DNA of 64,000 nucleotides, from the sequence record MN850587.1, one strand, 5' to 3'. Origin of the DNA: Escherichia phage mistaenkt. Both the position numbers and the translations under genes were made by a program. This document shows positions 1-9,009 of this stretch, one piece after another (positions within the stretch are counted from its first letter, which is position 1; every line of letters starts with the position of its first letter). Under the pieces are notes generated by a model. It saw only the letters and a list, made by a program, of their open reading frames with translations, did no database searches and had not been told where the DNA came from.

Positions 1-583
1 TACCGGACATTTCAAAGCCACCTTTTAGGACTTTACCAATGTCAAACAGGCAACAGTTAATACCACCAAATACCAAATCTCTCAGGTCATGAATGTAGAT
101 GAAACCTGCTTCAATAGCTTCAAGTTCTTCTGGTGTCAAGTGATACTGCTTGAAGATTTCTTTAGTCAGGTAGCCACGAATGATAGAACCTTTTGTAGAG
201 ATTAAGCTACTGTCAAAGTTAGCATTCTCACGGTCACCTAAGAAGAGGGTATCTTTGGTCTTCTGATAGAGTTCATCCCAATTCTGTGCAACCTCTTTAC
301 GATAGTTACGATAGGTTGAATAAGATTCATAAATCTCGTGATTAACTTCTGCTAAAGCCCCTTCAACAATGCTGTGAATGTCATCTACAGAAATCAGCAA
401 AGTATTCTGGTTAGAAGCCTTTACAAGAATCCGCATAAAAGCTGACTCAAGAGCATGGACAACCTCTAACGGGAGTTCTTTATAGCCAACTCGGTTAGCT
501 GACTTTGTAACTGCTGCTAGGACTTTCTTAATATCTGGTTCTTCAAGTGAGCCATTCTTTTTAATAATTTGTACTTTGACCAT
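1..583 (-). CDS. nrdD: Anaerobic (class III) ribonucleoside-triphosphate reductase, N-terminal portion; gene continues off the left edge
   Basis: ATG at 581-583 preceded by AAGGAG; ATP-cone-like N-terminus then IHDLRDL...GGINCCLFDIGKVLKGGFEMSG, which matches the conserved NrdD block as I recall it from E. coli NrdD; C-terminus not in window. Confidence 0.75.
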   Translation of the reverse strand, partial: MVKVQIIKKNGSLEEPDIKKVLAAVTKSANRVGYKELPLEVVHALESAFMRILVKASNQNTLLISVDDIHSIVEGALAEVNHEIYESYSTYRNYRKEVAQNWDELYQKTKDTLFLGDRENANFDSSLISTKGSIIRGYLTKEIFKQYHLTPEELEAIEAGFIYIHDLRDLVFGGINCCLFDIGKVLKGGFEMSG

Positions 584-601
584 TTGTGCTCCTTTATATA
601 C

Positions 602-623
602 GAAAAAGGTCTCCGAAGAGACC
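602..623 (-). terminator. Intrinsic terminator-like hairpin (GGTCTC-TTCG-GAGACC plus T-run on minus strand) just upstream of nrdD
   Basis: Perfect 6-bp stem, 4-nt loop, followed on the minus strand by TTTTT; same stem-loop recurs at 4709-4732. Confidence 0.5.
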
Positions 624-629
624 CTTATA

Positions 630-836
630 TTAATTCTTTTTGAAAATCTTCTCAACAAACTTTTTGAGTTTGCCGCTAATGTCAAGATGGATTTCTAGAA
701 TCTCAAAGATTACCCATACTAGCATAGCACCAAACAAAGCACCTTGTTTGATATCAATAAACAGGTTCACAAAGAAGAAACCGAGTACAATCATCGGTGC
801 ATCAACTGTGAAACCTTCCCACAAACGCTTAAGCAT
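630..836 (-). CDS. Small hydrophobic protein (68 aa), unknown function
   Basis: ORF track; hydrophobic core IVLGFFFVNLFIDIK...FGAMLVWVIF suggests membrane helices. Confidence 0.4.
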   Translation of the reverse strand: MLKRLWEGFTVDAPMIVLGFFFVNLFIDIKQGALFGAMLVWVIFEILEIHLDISGKLKKFVEKIFKKN

Positions 837-1071
837 TGTTCACCTCTGCCATAAAGTCTTGTAGTGTACCAACCGGAGTCAGGACAGTATCTTCAGTCTT
901 CATAATGAACGGCATCTGACGAACTGGCATCTTTGCAATATCCATCAGGTCTGACAGTTCATAGTCCTGTCCTAACATTCTTACAATGTGGTCAATACCA
1001 CGAGCCTTCGCAAAGTTCTTTGCAGTTTCACACTGAGGGCAACCAGTTTTGGAGTAAATTACGTAAGTCAT
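829..1071 (-). CDS. Glutaredoxin/NrdH-like redoxin (80 aa)
   Basis: N-terminal CPQC active-site motif (YSKTGCPQCETAK), size and position immediately upstream of nrdB. Confidence 0.75.
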   Translation of the reverse strand: MTYVIYSKTGCPQCETAKNFAKARGIDHIVRMLGQDYELSDLMDIAKMPVRQMPFIMKTEDTVLTPVGTLQDFMAEVNNA

Positions 1072-2144
1072 TAAGGAACCTCTAAATATCCTGAGTTTAA
1101 ATCATCTACAACGGTATTCAACAAGTACGCACCGTTTTGCTGTTCTTGGTTAGCATTCTGCTCTTTATCAATTTCCATCTTCTTAATCATGTATTTCAAA
1201 GGTGGTTCTTTAGGAGCTACGAAGTCTCTTGGAATACCAAACATATCATACAATGGTGCAGCATTATAGTAAACCCACTCATGTAGAAGTTTTGTATTCA
1301 AACCAACTACGGCACGACCTTCAGAGAAAATATAATAAGACCATTTCTCTTCACTTTCAACTACTTCATCAAGAATTACTTTGATTTCTGGAAGAACCTG
1401 ACGGAAAGCTTCTTGCCATTCTTCATCTTTCAAAGTCTCTTTCAGTGCTTCAATGTCAATCTTCGTGTGAAGGATTTCATCAAGCATAATTTTCTGTACT
1501 GCCTGAGCAATACCTTGGAACTTATCTTGTGCATCAAGTGCAAAGGTACATGCAAAGGATGCCATAAAGGATACACCTTCCAAGGCAGTTACTGCAAAGA
1601 GACCTTTCAAAATTACTTTGTGAAAGTGTAAAGGGTCTTTCTCAAGCAGTGAATCACGAACATAACTTAGACGATAGTTGATACCTTCGTCAAGTAATTC
1701 TTCCAGTGCTCTGTTCACAGTCTTCAGACGGTCTTGTACAGCAGCATTCTGGTTAATCTCATCAAGGATTGTCTCAGGATTCTTAATACACTGGCGAACA
1801 ATCTCTGAATAAGTCAAGGCATGAAGGTTCTCAATTTCAGATTGCTTCATGATTGCCGTTGCGTAGATATCATCAGAGATGAATGGTGCAAAAGCAAATG
1901 CCAAACTCTTAGCAACCTGTGTATCAGCTTCCCACTGCCACTTAATAATCTCAAGCATTACACCAGACATTGATTCTGGAACACTTTCAAAGTCTAATCG
2001 TGACTGCTCAAACGGGAACTCATCTTCAGACCAGTCTTGTGCTTTCTGCTGTTTGTACAGTTCAAAGATTTTTGGATAGTGTTTGTTGAGTGAGTCAAAA
2101 GTTTTTCGCTCACCACCTAAAAAGATTGGATGTTGGTTAATCAT
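1071..2144 (-). CDS. nrdB: Ribonucleotide reductase class Ia small (beta) subunit
   Basis: 357 aa; ferritin-like diiron/tyrosyl radical protein pattern (EIENLHALTYSEIV, HTKIDIEALK), adjacent to nrdA. Confidence 0.88.
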   Translation of the reverse strand: MINQHPIFLGGERKTFDSLNKHYPKIFELYKQQKAQDWSEDEFPFEQSRLDFESVPESMSGVMLEIIKWQWEADTQVAKSLAFAFAPFISDDIYATAIMKQSEIENLHALTYSEIVRQCIKNPETILDEINQNAAVQDRLKTVNRALEELLDEGINYRLSYVRDSLLEKDPLHFHKVILKGLFAVTALEGVSFMASFACTFALDAQDKFQGIAQAVQKIMLDEILHTKIDIEALKETLKDEEWQEAFRQVLPEIKVILDEVVESEEKWSYYIFSEGRAVVGLNTKLLHEWVYYNAAPLYDMFGIPRDFVAPKEPPLKYMIKKMEIDKEQNANQEQQNGAYLLNTVVDDLNSGYLEVP

Positions 2145-2416
2145 AATGGTAGGTTTCCTGTTTCATAAAATTCTCTGGCTTCTGACGCTGTTAAAACTTG
2201 CCAACGGTCAACTTTAAACATATCAAGAGACCTTGCATAAGTGTTGCTTGGGTTAAAGCAATCAATGTAACGAAGATGCTCTTTCCAAGAACCATCTGGC
2301 ATTTTAACTTTCAGATGATAGTCTGCAATATAATATAGAGACTCTCTTGGAATATAATACAGATACAAAGCACAGTTTGGTTCTCTGTTCCTTGCATCTT
2401 GAATGAGTTCTAACAT
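2141..2416 (-). CDS. Hypothetical protein (91 aa) between nrdA and nrdB
   Basis: ORF track; start overlaps the nrdB region (ATGA-type coupling). Confidence 0.45.
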   Translation of the reverse strand: MLELIQDARNREPNCALYLYYIPRESLYYIADYHLKVKMPDGSWKEHLRYIDCFNPSNTYARSLDMFKVDRWQVLTASEAREFYETGNLPL

Positions 2417-2425
2417 GGTTTCTCC

Positions 2426-2446
2426 AAAAGGGGCTTTACAGCCCCC
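2426..2446 (-). terminator. Hairpin GGGGC-TTTACA-GCCCC with T-run on minus strand, between nrdA stop and next ORF
   Basis: Inverted repeat read directly; may be attenuator or processing site rather than full terminator. Confidence 0.35.
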
Positions 2447-2453
2447 TGTTTAG

Positions 2454-4688
2454 TTAAACTCCGCAACCTTCACAGTAAGCGTCTTGGAGTGCTGACTTAC
2501 CAACACCAATACGACTGTTAAGGTAGTACATAGTTTTCATCCCAACTGAGTTAGCATAAATCATGTACTTCAAAGCTTGCTCTAATGATACCTTTTTCGA
2601 TTTTGAATAGTCAACATAGAAATCTGAAGAGATAGCTTGACCAGTGAATTTTTGAACAATTGCATAGCAATCAATCATATCAAAGGTGTCAATATCCCAA
2701 GCAATTTCATAGACATACTTCAACTCTTCGTAATCTGGAACGATAAATAAAACGTTACCAGTTGCTGACTTCTTGGTTAAGATGAAGTCACGAATTGGGT
2801 ACAAACCATTTGTCGTATTAGTTGCCAGTGAAGAACTCTCATTAGGCATGTAAGCCTCAAGTACAGAGTTTCTGATACCACCATTTGCTTTAATACGGTC
2901 TGCTAAGTCATCCCAATCATAACGAAGTTTTGCATCGTGTTTTGTATCAATCTTCCTGTTAGCTGTCTTCGGAGGAACCCAACCTTCAGGATACTTGGTG
3001 AACTTCATATATTCAGGTACACCACGCTCTTTTGCAAGTCTTAGTGAAGCCTCATGCAGATAGTAAGAGTGCATCTCTGCAAGTTCATGTAGCTTCGTTT
3101 TACCTGCTCTTGAAGAATAGTTCACGTAGTTCTTCGCAAGGTAGTGAGCCACATTCGTAAGGCCAATCCCAACAGAACGACGTTTCTGAACGTGGTTACG
3201 CATTGACGGATACGGATAGTCCATAAGGTCAATAACGGAGTCAACCATTGCAAGAGCATAATAAGCAACGTCAGCGTATTCATCTTCTGTGATTCTCCCT
3301 GCTACCAGACTAGCTAAGAAGCAAAGAGCAACTTCACCATCTTCTTTAGGTGCTGTGTAACTGTAAAGGTCACGTTCATCTTCAAACCCGTAAACTGGCA
3401 GTATAATTTCCATGCACAAGTTAGACATTTTCAAAGCTTCTTTAAACGGTGTGTGTGTGTTCGCATTGTTCGTAAAGAACGGATACACACGACCTGTGGC
3501 ATAACGTTGCTGGATGAACAGCTTGGCAACTTCACGAGCCTTAACACGTTTATGCTTAACACCTGAATGCACTGCGTGACCGACTGCCATAGCAAACTCA
3601 TCAGCAGATGCTGTGTAGAACATGTCATAAAGCTTTGGAGCGTCCTTGTAAGAGAACAGCAACCAATCTGTGTCATACTGTACACACTGCCAGAAATAGT
3701 CATTTGCACCAAATGAATAGTCCATCTCATTAATACGCTTCGAAGGAACCGTTGTAGGATGCTTCAAACGCAGTAAATCTTCAATCTGCGGGTCTAGGGC
3801 AGTATAGAAGTTGTTAGCTGAACCACCACGACTCTTCTGCTTATTGGCCTCTACAGCAGCACGTACAAGCTTGTAGTAAGGAAGCTTACCCATGTGTTCA
3901 ATGGTGTTTTGACGAATACCATCACCAATTGTACGGGTCTCCATAAGCATACCAATACCAGCTTGCTTGGTGGTCATATCATAAGCTACCTTAGTAGCAA
4001 TGCCAAGAGACTCAGCAGTGTCATTAGCCTTGATTAAGCAGCATGACGCATAACCTGACTTAGTAGCACGTAAACCATTCAGATAAGGCGTAGGGGCGTT
4101 AATCTTCAGGTCAGACAGGTAAGTGTACAGCTTGATAACATCTTCCAGTCTACGGTGCTTAGGTTGTCTCTCAAAGGCTTTCATAGCCATACCCATAAAC
4201 ATAAATTGTGGGGATTCAAACAGACGACCTGACTTGATATCTCGGATGCCATACTTGTCACGGAACTGTTTCAGTACTGCATAACCGTAAGAGATATCTT
4301 TTGAGTGAACAATGTGACCTTGTAAATAGTCAATCTCTTGTTCGGTGTAATCCATGTGTTCCCACAAACCCATTTGCTCCATCTTCATAACGAAGTTGAA
4401 CAGTTGAGGAACTTTTGTGAAACCACCAAAGGCTTCTTTGTAGATGATACCAAGGAGTAATCGACCAGCCATATCAGAGTACTCTTGAGTCTGCTTATCA
4501 ATACAAACGTCAATCATAGCTTGGTGCATCTCTTTGGTAGAGCAACCTTCATAAACACGCTTCATGGCTTCCATAGTTACTTCTGACCAAATGATTCCTC
4601 GTTTGTCAGCCCATGAAGCCCATTTGTTTAAACGTTCTGGTTCGAATGGCACGATTGTACCGTCAGATTTGCGAATGGTCTTAATCAT
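2454..4688 (-). CDS. nrdA: Ribonucleotide reductase class Ia large (alpha) subunit
   Basis: 744 aa; N-terminal ATP-cone (MIKTIRKSDGTIVPFEPERLNKW), overall RNR large-subunit character, operon with nrdB and glutaredoxin. Confidence 0.9.
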   Translation of the reverse strand: MIKTIRKSDGTIVPFEPERLNKWASWADKRGIIWSEVTMEAMKRVYEGCSTKEMHQAMIDVCIDKQTQEYSDMAGRLLLGIIYKEAFGGFTKVPQLFNFVMKMEQMGLWEHMDYTEQEIDYLQGHIVHSKDISYGYAVLKQFRDKYGIRDIKSGRLFESPQFMFMGMAMKAFERQPKHRRLEDVIKLYTYLSDLKINAPTPYLNGLRATKSGYASCCLIKANDTAESLGIATKVAYDMTTKQAGIGMLMETRTIGDGIRQNTIEHMGKLPYYKLVRAAVEANKQKSRGGSANNFYTALDPQIEDLLRLKHPTTVPSKRINEMDYSFGANDYFWQCVQYDTDWLLFSYKDAPKLYDMFYTASADEFAMAVGHAVHSGVKHKRVKAREVAKLFIQQRYATGRVYPFFTNNANTHTPFKEALKMSNLCMEIILPVYGFEDERDLYSYTAPKEDGEVALCFLASLVAGRITEDEYADVAYYALAMVDSVIDLMDYPYPSMRNHVQKRRSVGIGLTNVAHYLAKNYVNYSSRAGKTKLHELAEMHSYYLHEASLRLAKERGVPEYMKFTKYPEGWVPPKTANRKIDTKHDAKLRYDWDDLADRIKANGGIRNSVLEAYMPNESSSLATNTTNGLYPIRDFILTKKSATGNVLFIVPDYEELKYVYEIAWDIDTFDMIDCYAIVQKFTGQAISSDFYVDYSKSKKVSLEQALKYMIYANSVGMKTMYYLNSRIGVGKSALQDAYCEGCGV

Positions 4689-4708
4689 TATTTTAGAGTC
4701 CTACAGGT

Positions 4709-4732
4709 GAAAAAGGGTCTCCGAAGAGACCC
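4709..4732 (-). terminator. Intrinsic terminator-like hairpin (GGGTCTC-TTCG-GAGACCC plus T-run on minus strand) just upstream of nrdA
   Basis: Same stem-loop core as 602-623; followed on the minus strand by TTTTTCAC. Confidence 0.5.
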
Positions 4733-4740
4733 ATTAGAGA

Positions 4741-5076
4741 TTAAATGCTAAAGATTTGTTTACTTTGCCAAAGTTCATAGAACTTGTGAGAAACCTTAGT
4801 CAGTGAAGCTTTTGACATTGCGTTGCAGTACCACCAACGTTTAGTTTCATCAAACAGTTTTTCAAGGTCTTCGTGCAGGTTATCTTCCATTCGTGAAATA
4901 ACAAAGTTACCACGCTTCTTACCAGTAACACGACCAAACTTGATATCACTTCGCCCTTTACAATCCTCTGTGTACATCACTATGTCACCGAACCGTAAAG
5001 GTTTGTCAAACTTATCTACTCCAAGTTCAACGCCAGCTTTTACATCTTCAATTGTAAGCTTATTTGCTTTAGACAT
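4741..5076 (-). CDS. Hypothetical protein (111 aa)
   Basis: ORF track only. Confidence 0.45.
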   Translation of the reverse strand: MSKANKLTIEDVKAGVELGVDKFDKPLRFGDIVMYTEDCKGRSDIKFGRVTGKKRGNFVISRMEDNLHEDLEKLFDETKRWWYCNAMSKASLTKVSHKFYELWQSKQIFSI

Positions 5077-5401
5077 GATATTTATCCAAGTTTCGTTTCA
5101 GGTAAAGCCACCCATCATCAGTGCGCTCAACACCCATGAACAGTGGAGCCGTTACAACCTTTCCAAACGTATTGCGATGTTGACAAATCTCATAAGAATA
5201 CGTTTTCTCAATGTTTAGGCCATATTTGAAAAGCACTGCTTTCAAGACCTGTTCATTATCCAGTAAAGTTTCTGGTGTCTCTCCATATTTTACTAACAGT
5301 GAATCATTCATAAACACTGTCATAGAGAGATTATAGTTTGAGAAATGGCTCTTTGGAGCCACCTCTTCAGTATTAATGTTCTGTGAATCCATTATAACCA
5401 A
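5069..5401 (-). CDS. Hypothetical protein (110 aa)
   Basis: ORF track only. Confidence 0.4.
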   Translation of the reverse strand: MVIMDSQNINTEEVAPKSHFSNYNLSMTVFMNDSLLVKYGETPETLLDNEQVLKAVLFKYGLNIEKTYSYEICQHRNTFGKVVTAPLFMGVERTDDGWLYLKRNLDKYHV

Positions 5402-6128
5402 CCCCTTTTAACCAATTCTTCAGGTTATTTGCATCATAGTTCAGTTTCGGGTATGAGGTCACATGGAACTTCTCACCGTCATAGTAAACAATATCTGCAA
5501 GCCATAATCCGTTTTCTCGGCAGAAGTCTTTGTCTGCTTTCGAACTGATTGGTCGAACTTCTGTGAAGTCACTCAATCCAAGGTCTTTCAAACTTCCTAC
5601 AAGACCTTTACAGATAACGCATGTGTCAGATGTTACCACGAACAATTCTTTGCTTTCAAGTTCCGCGATGAACTCTGCAAGCTGTACTTTAGGAAGATTA
5701 GACTGCTTCATAACCTTCTTATCAGACTCACGGATAATGGCGTACCATTCTTTTCCGTCAATCGTTGAAGCACGTACACGACATTCATCACCAGTACGCT
5801 TTTCGATATCTGCGAGACGTTTCAAAGCTTCTTCGTAGTTATCAGTATACTTCAGGTTGTTATTCTCACAGACTGCTTTCATAGCTCCGTCATGGTCATG
5901 CTGTGAAAGGTAAATCAGTCCATCAAGAACATACTGTAAATCTGCCTGAGCATCAAGAGCCTCAATAGGGTCTTTTTCATCAACAGCTTTCAAAAGCTCT
6001 TTGGCTTCTTCTAACATGCAAAGTGCTTGACTACGCATCGAAGACCAGTACTCAGGTGTATAAGGAGTCAACGGGGTCTTACCACAACGCTGATTCCAAG
6101 TTAGAACGGATTCTCTGGAATTAAACAT
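5373..6128 (-). CDS. Two-part protein: N-terminal all-alpha MazG-like NTP pyrophosphohydrolase-like region, C-terminal thioredoxin/glutaredoxin-like region with CxxC
   Basis: N-terminal acidic helix pattern LEEAKELLKAVDEKDPIEALDAQADLQYVLDGLIYL; C-terminal VVTSDTCVICKGLVG (CxxC); functional call is inference. Confidence 0.35.
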   Translation of the reverse strand: MFNSRESVLTWNQRCGKTPLTPYTPEYWSSMRSQALCMLEEAKELLKAVDEKDPIEALDAQADLQYVLDGLIYLSQHDHDGAMKAVCENNNLKYTDNYEEALKRLADIEKRTGDECRVRASTIDGKEWYAIIRESDKKVMKQSNLPKVQLAEFIAELESKELFVVTSDTCVICKGLVGSLKDLGLSDFTEVRPISSKADKDFCRENGLWLADIVYYDGEKFHVTSYPKLNYDANNLKNWLKGVGYNGFTEH

Positions 6129-6337
6129 TAAACCTCCTGAAACAGTTTCTGCTGAGACTCAATATAATCCAGTCTGCCTTTCAGTTCAACACGTTTGTTA
6201 ATCAGGTGCTGAATCTGGGACTCAAGAGCCTCCATTTCGGACTCCGTAGCTGCTTTAGCTTTGACAATTGCATCTTTCAGTGCTGCAATGTGGCTGTCAA
6301 TTTTAGCTACGTGGTCATTCTTAATTTTGTTAAACAT
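6128..6337 (-). CDS. Small coiled-coil protein (69 aa)
   Basis: ORF track; heptad-like charged/hydrophobic pattern. Confidence 0.4.
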   Translation of the reverse strand: MFNKIKNDHVAKIDSHIAALKDAIVKAKAATESEMEALESQIQHLINKRVELKGRLDYIESQQKLFQEV

Positions 6338-6341
6338 AATC

Positions 6342-6842
6342 TTATTCTCTCTCGTTAAGTTTCATGATTTTATGGATTCTCTTCTCAGCATCTTCATAAG
6401 TCTCTTTGGTAAGAAACTTGATTGCTGCAATGTTTGCATTGTAGAAGAGTCGAAGCTTGGAGTCAATCCTTTTTGTCATGACGTCAAACTTATGTTGGAG
6501 GTTAGCTTCTCCGTAGACCAACCCACCTCGCGTATAATAAGTTTGCACAATATAGAAGTCAAACTCTTTTTCACCGAAAGTTTCAATATCTTTCTTAATG
6601 TACTCAGAAGAGGTCTGGTAAACCATCCAGTCACTCTCTTTTGTCACAATCTTACGTCTGGCCTTTCCAGCTACTTTCTTCTTGGTGACATTGTTAAACT
6701 GCTTCTTACCAATGTAATACTGTCCAGTCTTTTTGCAGTACACTAAGTAAACGAAACCAAAATACTTAGCGGGGTCAATCTCCCCGCACAGTGAAATCCA
6801 ATGCCCATATTCAGGGCAATTGCCAAAACCTTTAATCTTCAT
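6342..6842 (-). CDS. GIY-YIG family homing endonuclease (166 aa)
   Basis: GFVYLVYCKKTGQYYIGKK matches the GIY-(10-11 aa)-YIG motif; free-standing between replication genes. Confidence 0.65.
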   Translation of the reverse strand: MKIKGFGNCPEYGHWISLCGEIDPAKYFGFVYLVYCKKTGQYYIGKKQFNNVTKKKVAGKARRKIVTKESDWMVYQTSSEYIKKDIETFGEKEFDFYIVQTYYTRGGLVYGEANLQHKFDVMTKRIDSKLRLFYNANIAAIKFLTKETYEDAEKRIHKIMKLNERE

Positions 6843-7884
6843 TCATAACAGGCTCCCAACCATATTTAGCAAATGTGAAGTCATCTTTCGGATTACGCTC
6901 TTGATAGGCAATCCAGAAGTGCTGGTGCATAAGTTCAAGAGGTGTTCTTGTGACCACTTGACCATCCCATGATTCATAAGTATATGACTCTTTCTTAGCG
7001 TAAAGTTCATAGATAGCATCAAGACACTCTTTGTAAGTCTCTTTACCTTCCAGAGCGTTCATTACAGCAACTTTCCCTGCACCCTTAAGGCCAAAGTAGT
7101 TATCTGCGTTGTCTCCTGCTACAGCTTGATAGCAGAGGAATTTGAAGCCTACACCAACAGTCTTTTTAGCTTTCGGCTTAGACTTGATAGGGCAATCCCA
7201 AATATTACCTACGTTACCGTCTGCAATGAAAATCAGAGGGGCTTTCTCGTAAGTCATATCAATACAGTAAGTTCCTTCCGCTTGGCGAAGGTCTTTATCA
7301 ATACTCATAAGAGCAGCCTTCTTACCCATCTTCTCAGCTTTTGCAATAACAATGGAGTCAGCTTCAAAGCCACCTTTGAGAAGCTTAAACTCAGGTCGTG
7401 ACAGAAGATACTCACGACAAGCAACTAAATGCGTAGGGGTTACTGATTCTTTACGGTTACCTTGATACTGGTGTTCAAGACCTTTAATGTCTTTGTGTTT
7501 ATGTACACCTTTCTCAGTGAGGTATCCCATCCAAGTTCGCTCTTTACCAACAACTTTCAACCATTCCTGAAGAACTTGTTGAGTTGCCATAATAGCTTCT
7601 TTTTCACTCTTAGCTTCTTTCCAAGATTGTCTTTCCCATTCATCTTCATCGAATGCAAGACCAAGTTCCTCTGTTAGAACTCTCTGGTCAGATAGCCATT
7701 GATTAGCATCTTTAGCACTTTCAAAGGCATCAGACTCTTCAGCAGTGAGTTTATTCACATACTTGTACTTTGCTTTCTCAACGACACAGGCTCCCTTGTA
7801 AGCAATACTGTCAGAGTCAATAAAGACATGTGTCACAGTATCTGGGAGTTTTGTTAACGTGTACTTTTCCATTTGTATCTCCAA
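6832..7884 (-). CDS. 5'-3' exonuclease / flap endonuclease (RNase H-like)
   Basis: 350 aa; N-terminal HVFIDSDSIAYKGA resembles the FEN/5'-nuclease acidic active-site start, GLKGAGKVAVMNAL resembles the H3TH region; position among replication genes. Confidence 0.55.
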   Translation of the reverse strand: MEIQMEKYTLTKLPDTVTHVFIDSDSIAYKGACVVEKAKYKYVNKLTAEESDAFESAKDANQWLSDQRVLTEELGLAFDEDEWERQSWKEAKSEKEAIMATQQVLQEWLKVVGKERTWMGYLTEKGVHKHKDIKGLEHQYQGNRKESVTPTHLVACREYLLSRPEFKLLKGGFEADSIVIAKAEKMGKKAALMSIDKDLRQAEGTYCIDMTYEKAPLIFIADGNVGNIWDCPIKSKPKAKKTVGVGFKFLCYQAVAGDNADNYFGLKGAGKVAVMNALEGKETYKECLDAIYELYAKKESYTYESWDGQVVTRTPLELMHQHFWIAYQERNPKDDFTFAKYGWEPVMNED

Positions 7885-7887
7885 TAC

Positions 7888-7916
7888 GAAAAAGCCCCAT
7901 ACTAAGTACAGGGCTT
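7888..7916 (-). terminator. Hairpin AAGCCC...GGGCTT followed on minus strand by TTTTTCGTATTGGAGATACAA then ATG
   Basis: Inverted repeat plus T-run; shares the tail motif TTTTTCGTAT(T/G)GGAGATA with the element at 12206-12233. Confidence 0.4.
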
Positions 7917-7934
7917 TGTAGTAACTACTGAGAA

Positions 7935-8852
7935 TTAATCTTCAGTATCGAAATCTTCTTCGTCGTCGTCATCTGGGTCTGGCATATCATCGTCGTCATC
8001 GTCAGAGTTAGTATCTTCAGAATCCTTCGCATCTTCTTCGGTGATTTCACCGTTATCTTCAACGCCATCCAGACCAAGCAGAGCCAGTTCATCTTCATCC
8101 AGTTCAGGCTCACCGTTACCACCTGTACCACCAGTGTACGGAACCAGAGTATCAATGATAAACTGTTCCTGAATCGGCTTCGTCAGAACGTTGCTTTCAA
8201 AAGTGTAGAAGTGAGTTGCAAGAATCACACTACCAAATGAACCGTTGCCGACTGCGATATCTGGGTGAATAACATCATAAGTTTTGTCGTCATCGTGTTT
8301 GTCAGAATGTTGAGCCTTGATTTTCTTCATCGGCTGTTTAACTGCAACACGCTTACCGTTAACTTCTTCAATCAGCATAACAGGGAATGACTGTTTCGCT
8401 GTCCAGACTGCACCATCTTTATAAGCAGCAGCACGACTTACTTTCAGAATGTGATAAGTGTCTGCTTCAAATGGTGGTTTGCAACCGAACTTCTCTTCAA
8501 AGTCATCTGCATCAACAGCTTCAGTTGTAACCTTATCCCAACCATCAGGATTCTTTTTAGACTTGGTGAACTCTTTGAAGAGTTTGTTACCATCTTTTGC
8601 CAGAATTGAAACACTGTAGTTACAATCTTTGCCTGGGAATTTCTTATCAACTGATTTACCTTTTCCCGGACGTGGAATAGTATTCAGGTAGTAGAACCAA
8701 ACATCTTTTAGCAAGTAACGCAGAGTCTGACGTTCAGTACCGTTGTATTTTTCTACCGGAGATTTCATTTTAACAACTTTAGACATTCTTAAATCCTCTT
8801 TCTCAAAATTATTTCTTTCAAACTTGAAGGAGTACAATCTTACAGACTTCAT
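7935..8852 (-). CDS. Putative ssDNA-binding protein with strongly acidic C-terminal tail
   Basis: 305 aa; C-terminus DDDDDDMPDPDDDDEEDFDTED typical of phage SSB tails; position next to primase-helicase; alternative start near 8783. Confidence 0.45.
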   Translation of the reverse strand: MKSVRLYSFKFERNNFEKEDLRMSKVVKMKSPVEKYNGTERQTLRYLLKDVWFYYLNTIPRPGKGKSVDKKFPGKDCNYSVSILAKDGNKLFKEFTKSKKNPDGWDKVTTEAVDADDFEEKFGCKPPFEADTYHILKVSRAAAYKDGAVWTAKQSFPVMLIEEVNGKRVAVKQPMKKIKAQHSDKHDDDKTYDVIHPDIAVGNGSFGSVILATHFYTFESNVLTKPIQEQFIIDTLVPYTGGTGGNGEPELDEDELALLGLDGVEDNGEITEEDAKDSEDTNSDDDDDDMPDPDDDDEEDFDTED

Positions 8853-8871
8853 ACTCCCTTGTCAAACACTT

Positions 8872-9009
8872 TTAAGCAGATTTTTTAGCTGCTTTACGTG
8901 CTGTCTTACCAGTGCGAACACGTTTTGCTTCGTAGTGTGCAGCAGATTTACCAGCAGTTGCTTTCAGTGAATCGCCAAATACTTTTTCAAACGCTTTAGA
9001 ATGTTTCAT
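8872..9009 (-). CDS. Unlisted small basic ORF (45 aa, MKHSKAFEKVFGDSLKATAGKSAAHYEAKRVRTGKTARKAAKKSA)
   Basis: Below the 60-aa track cutoff; ATG overlaps the stop of the upstream ORF (ATGA); Lys/Arg-rich. Confidence 0.3.
   Translation of the reverse strand: MKHSKAFEKVFGDSLKATAGKSAAHYEAKRVRTGKTARKAAKKSA

Noticed and set aside
3431-3730. 99-aa ORF antisense within nrdA, and similar antisense ORFs inside nrdB, the polymerase, primase-helicase, tape measure and terminase genes
   Set aside because: All are fully contained in longer, motif-supported genes on the opposite strand, so they are treated as non-coding.
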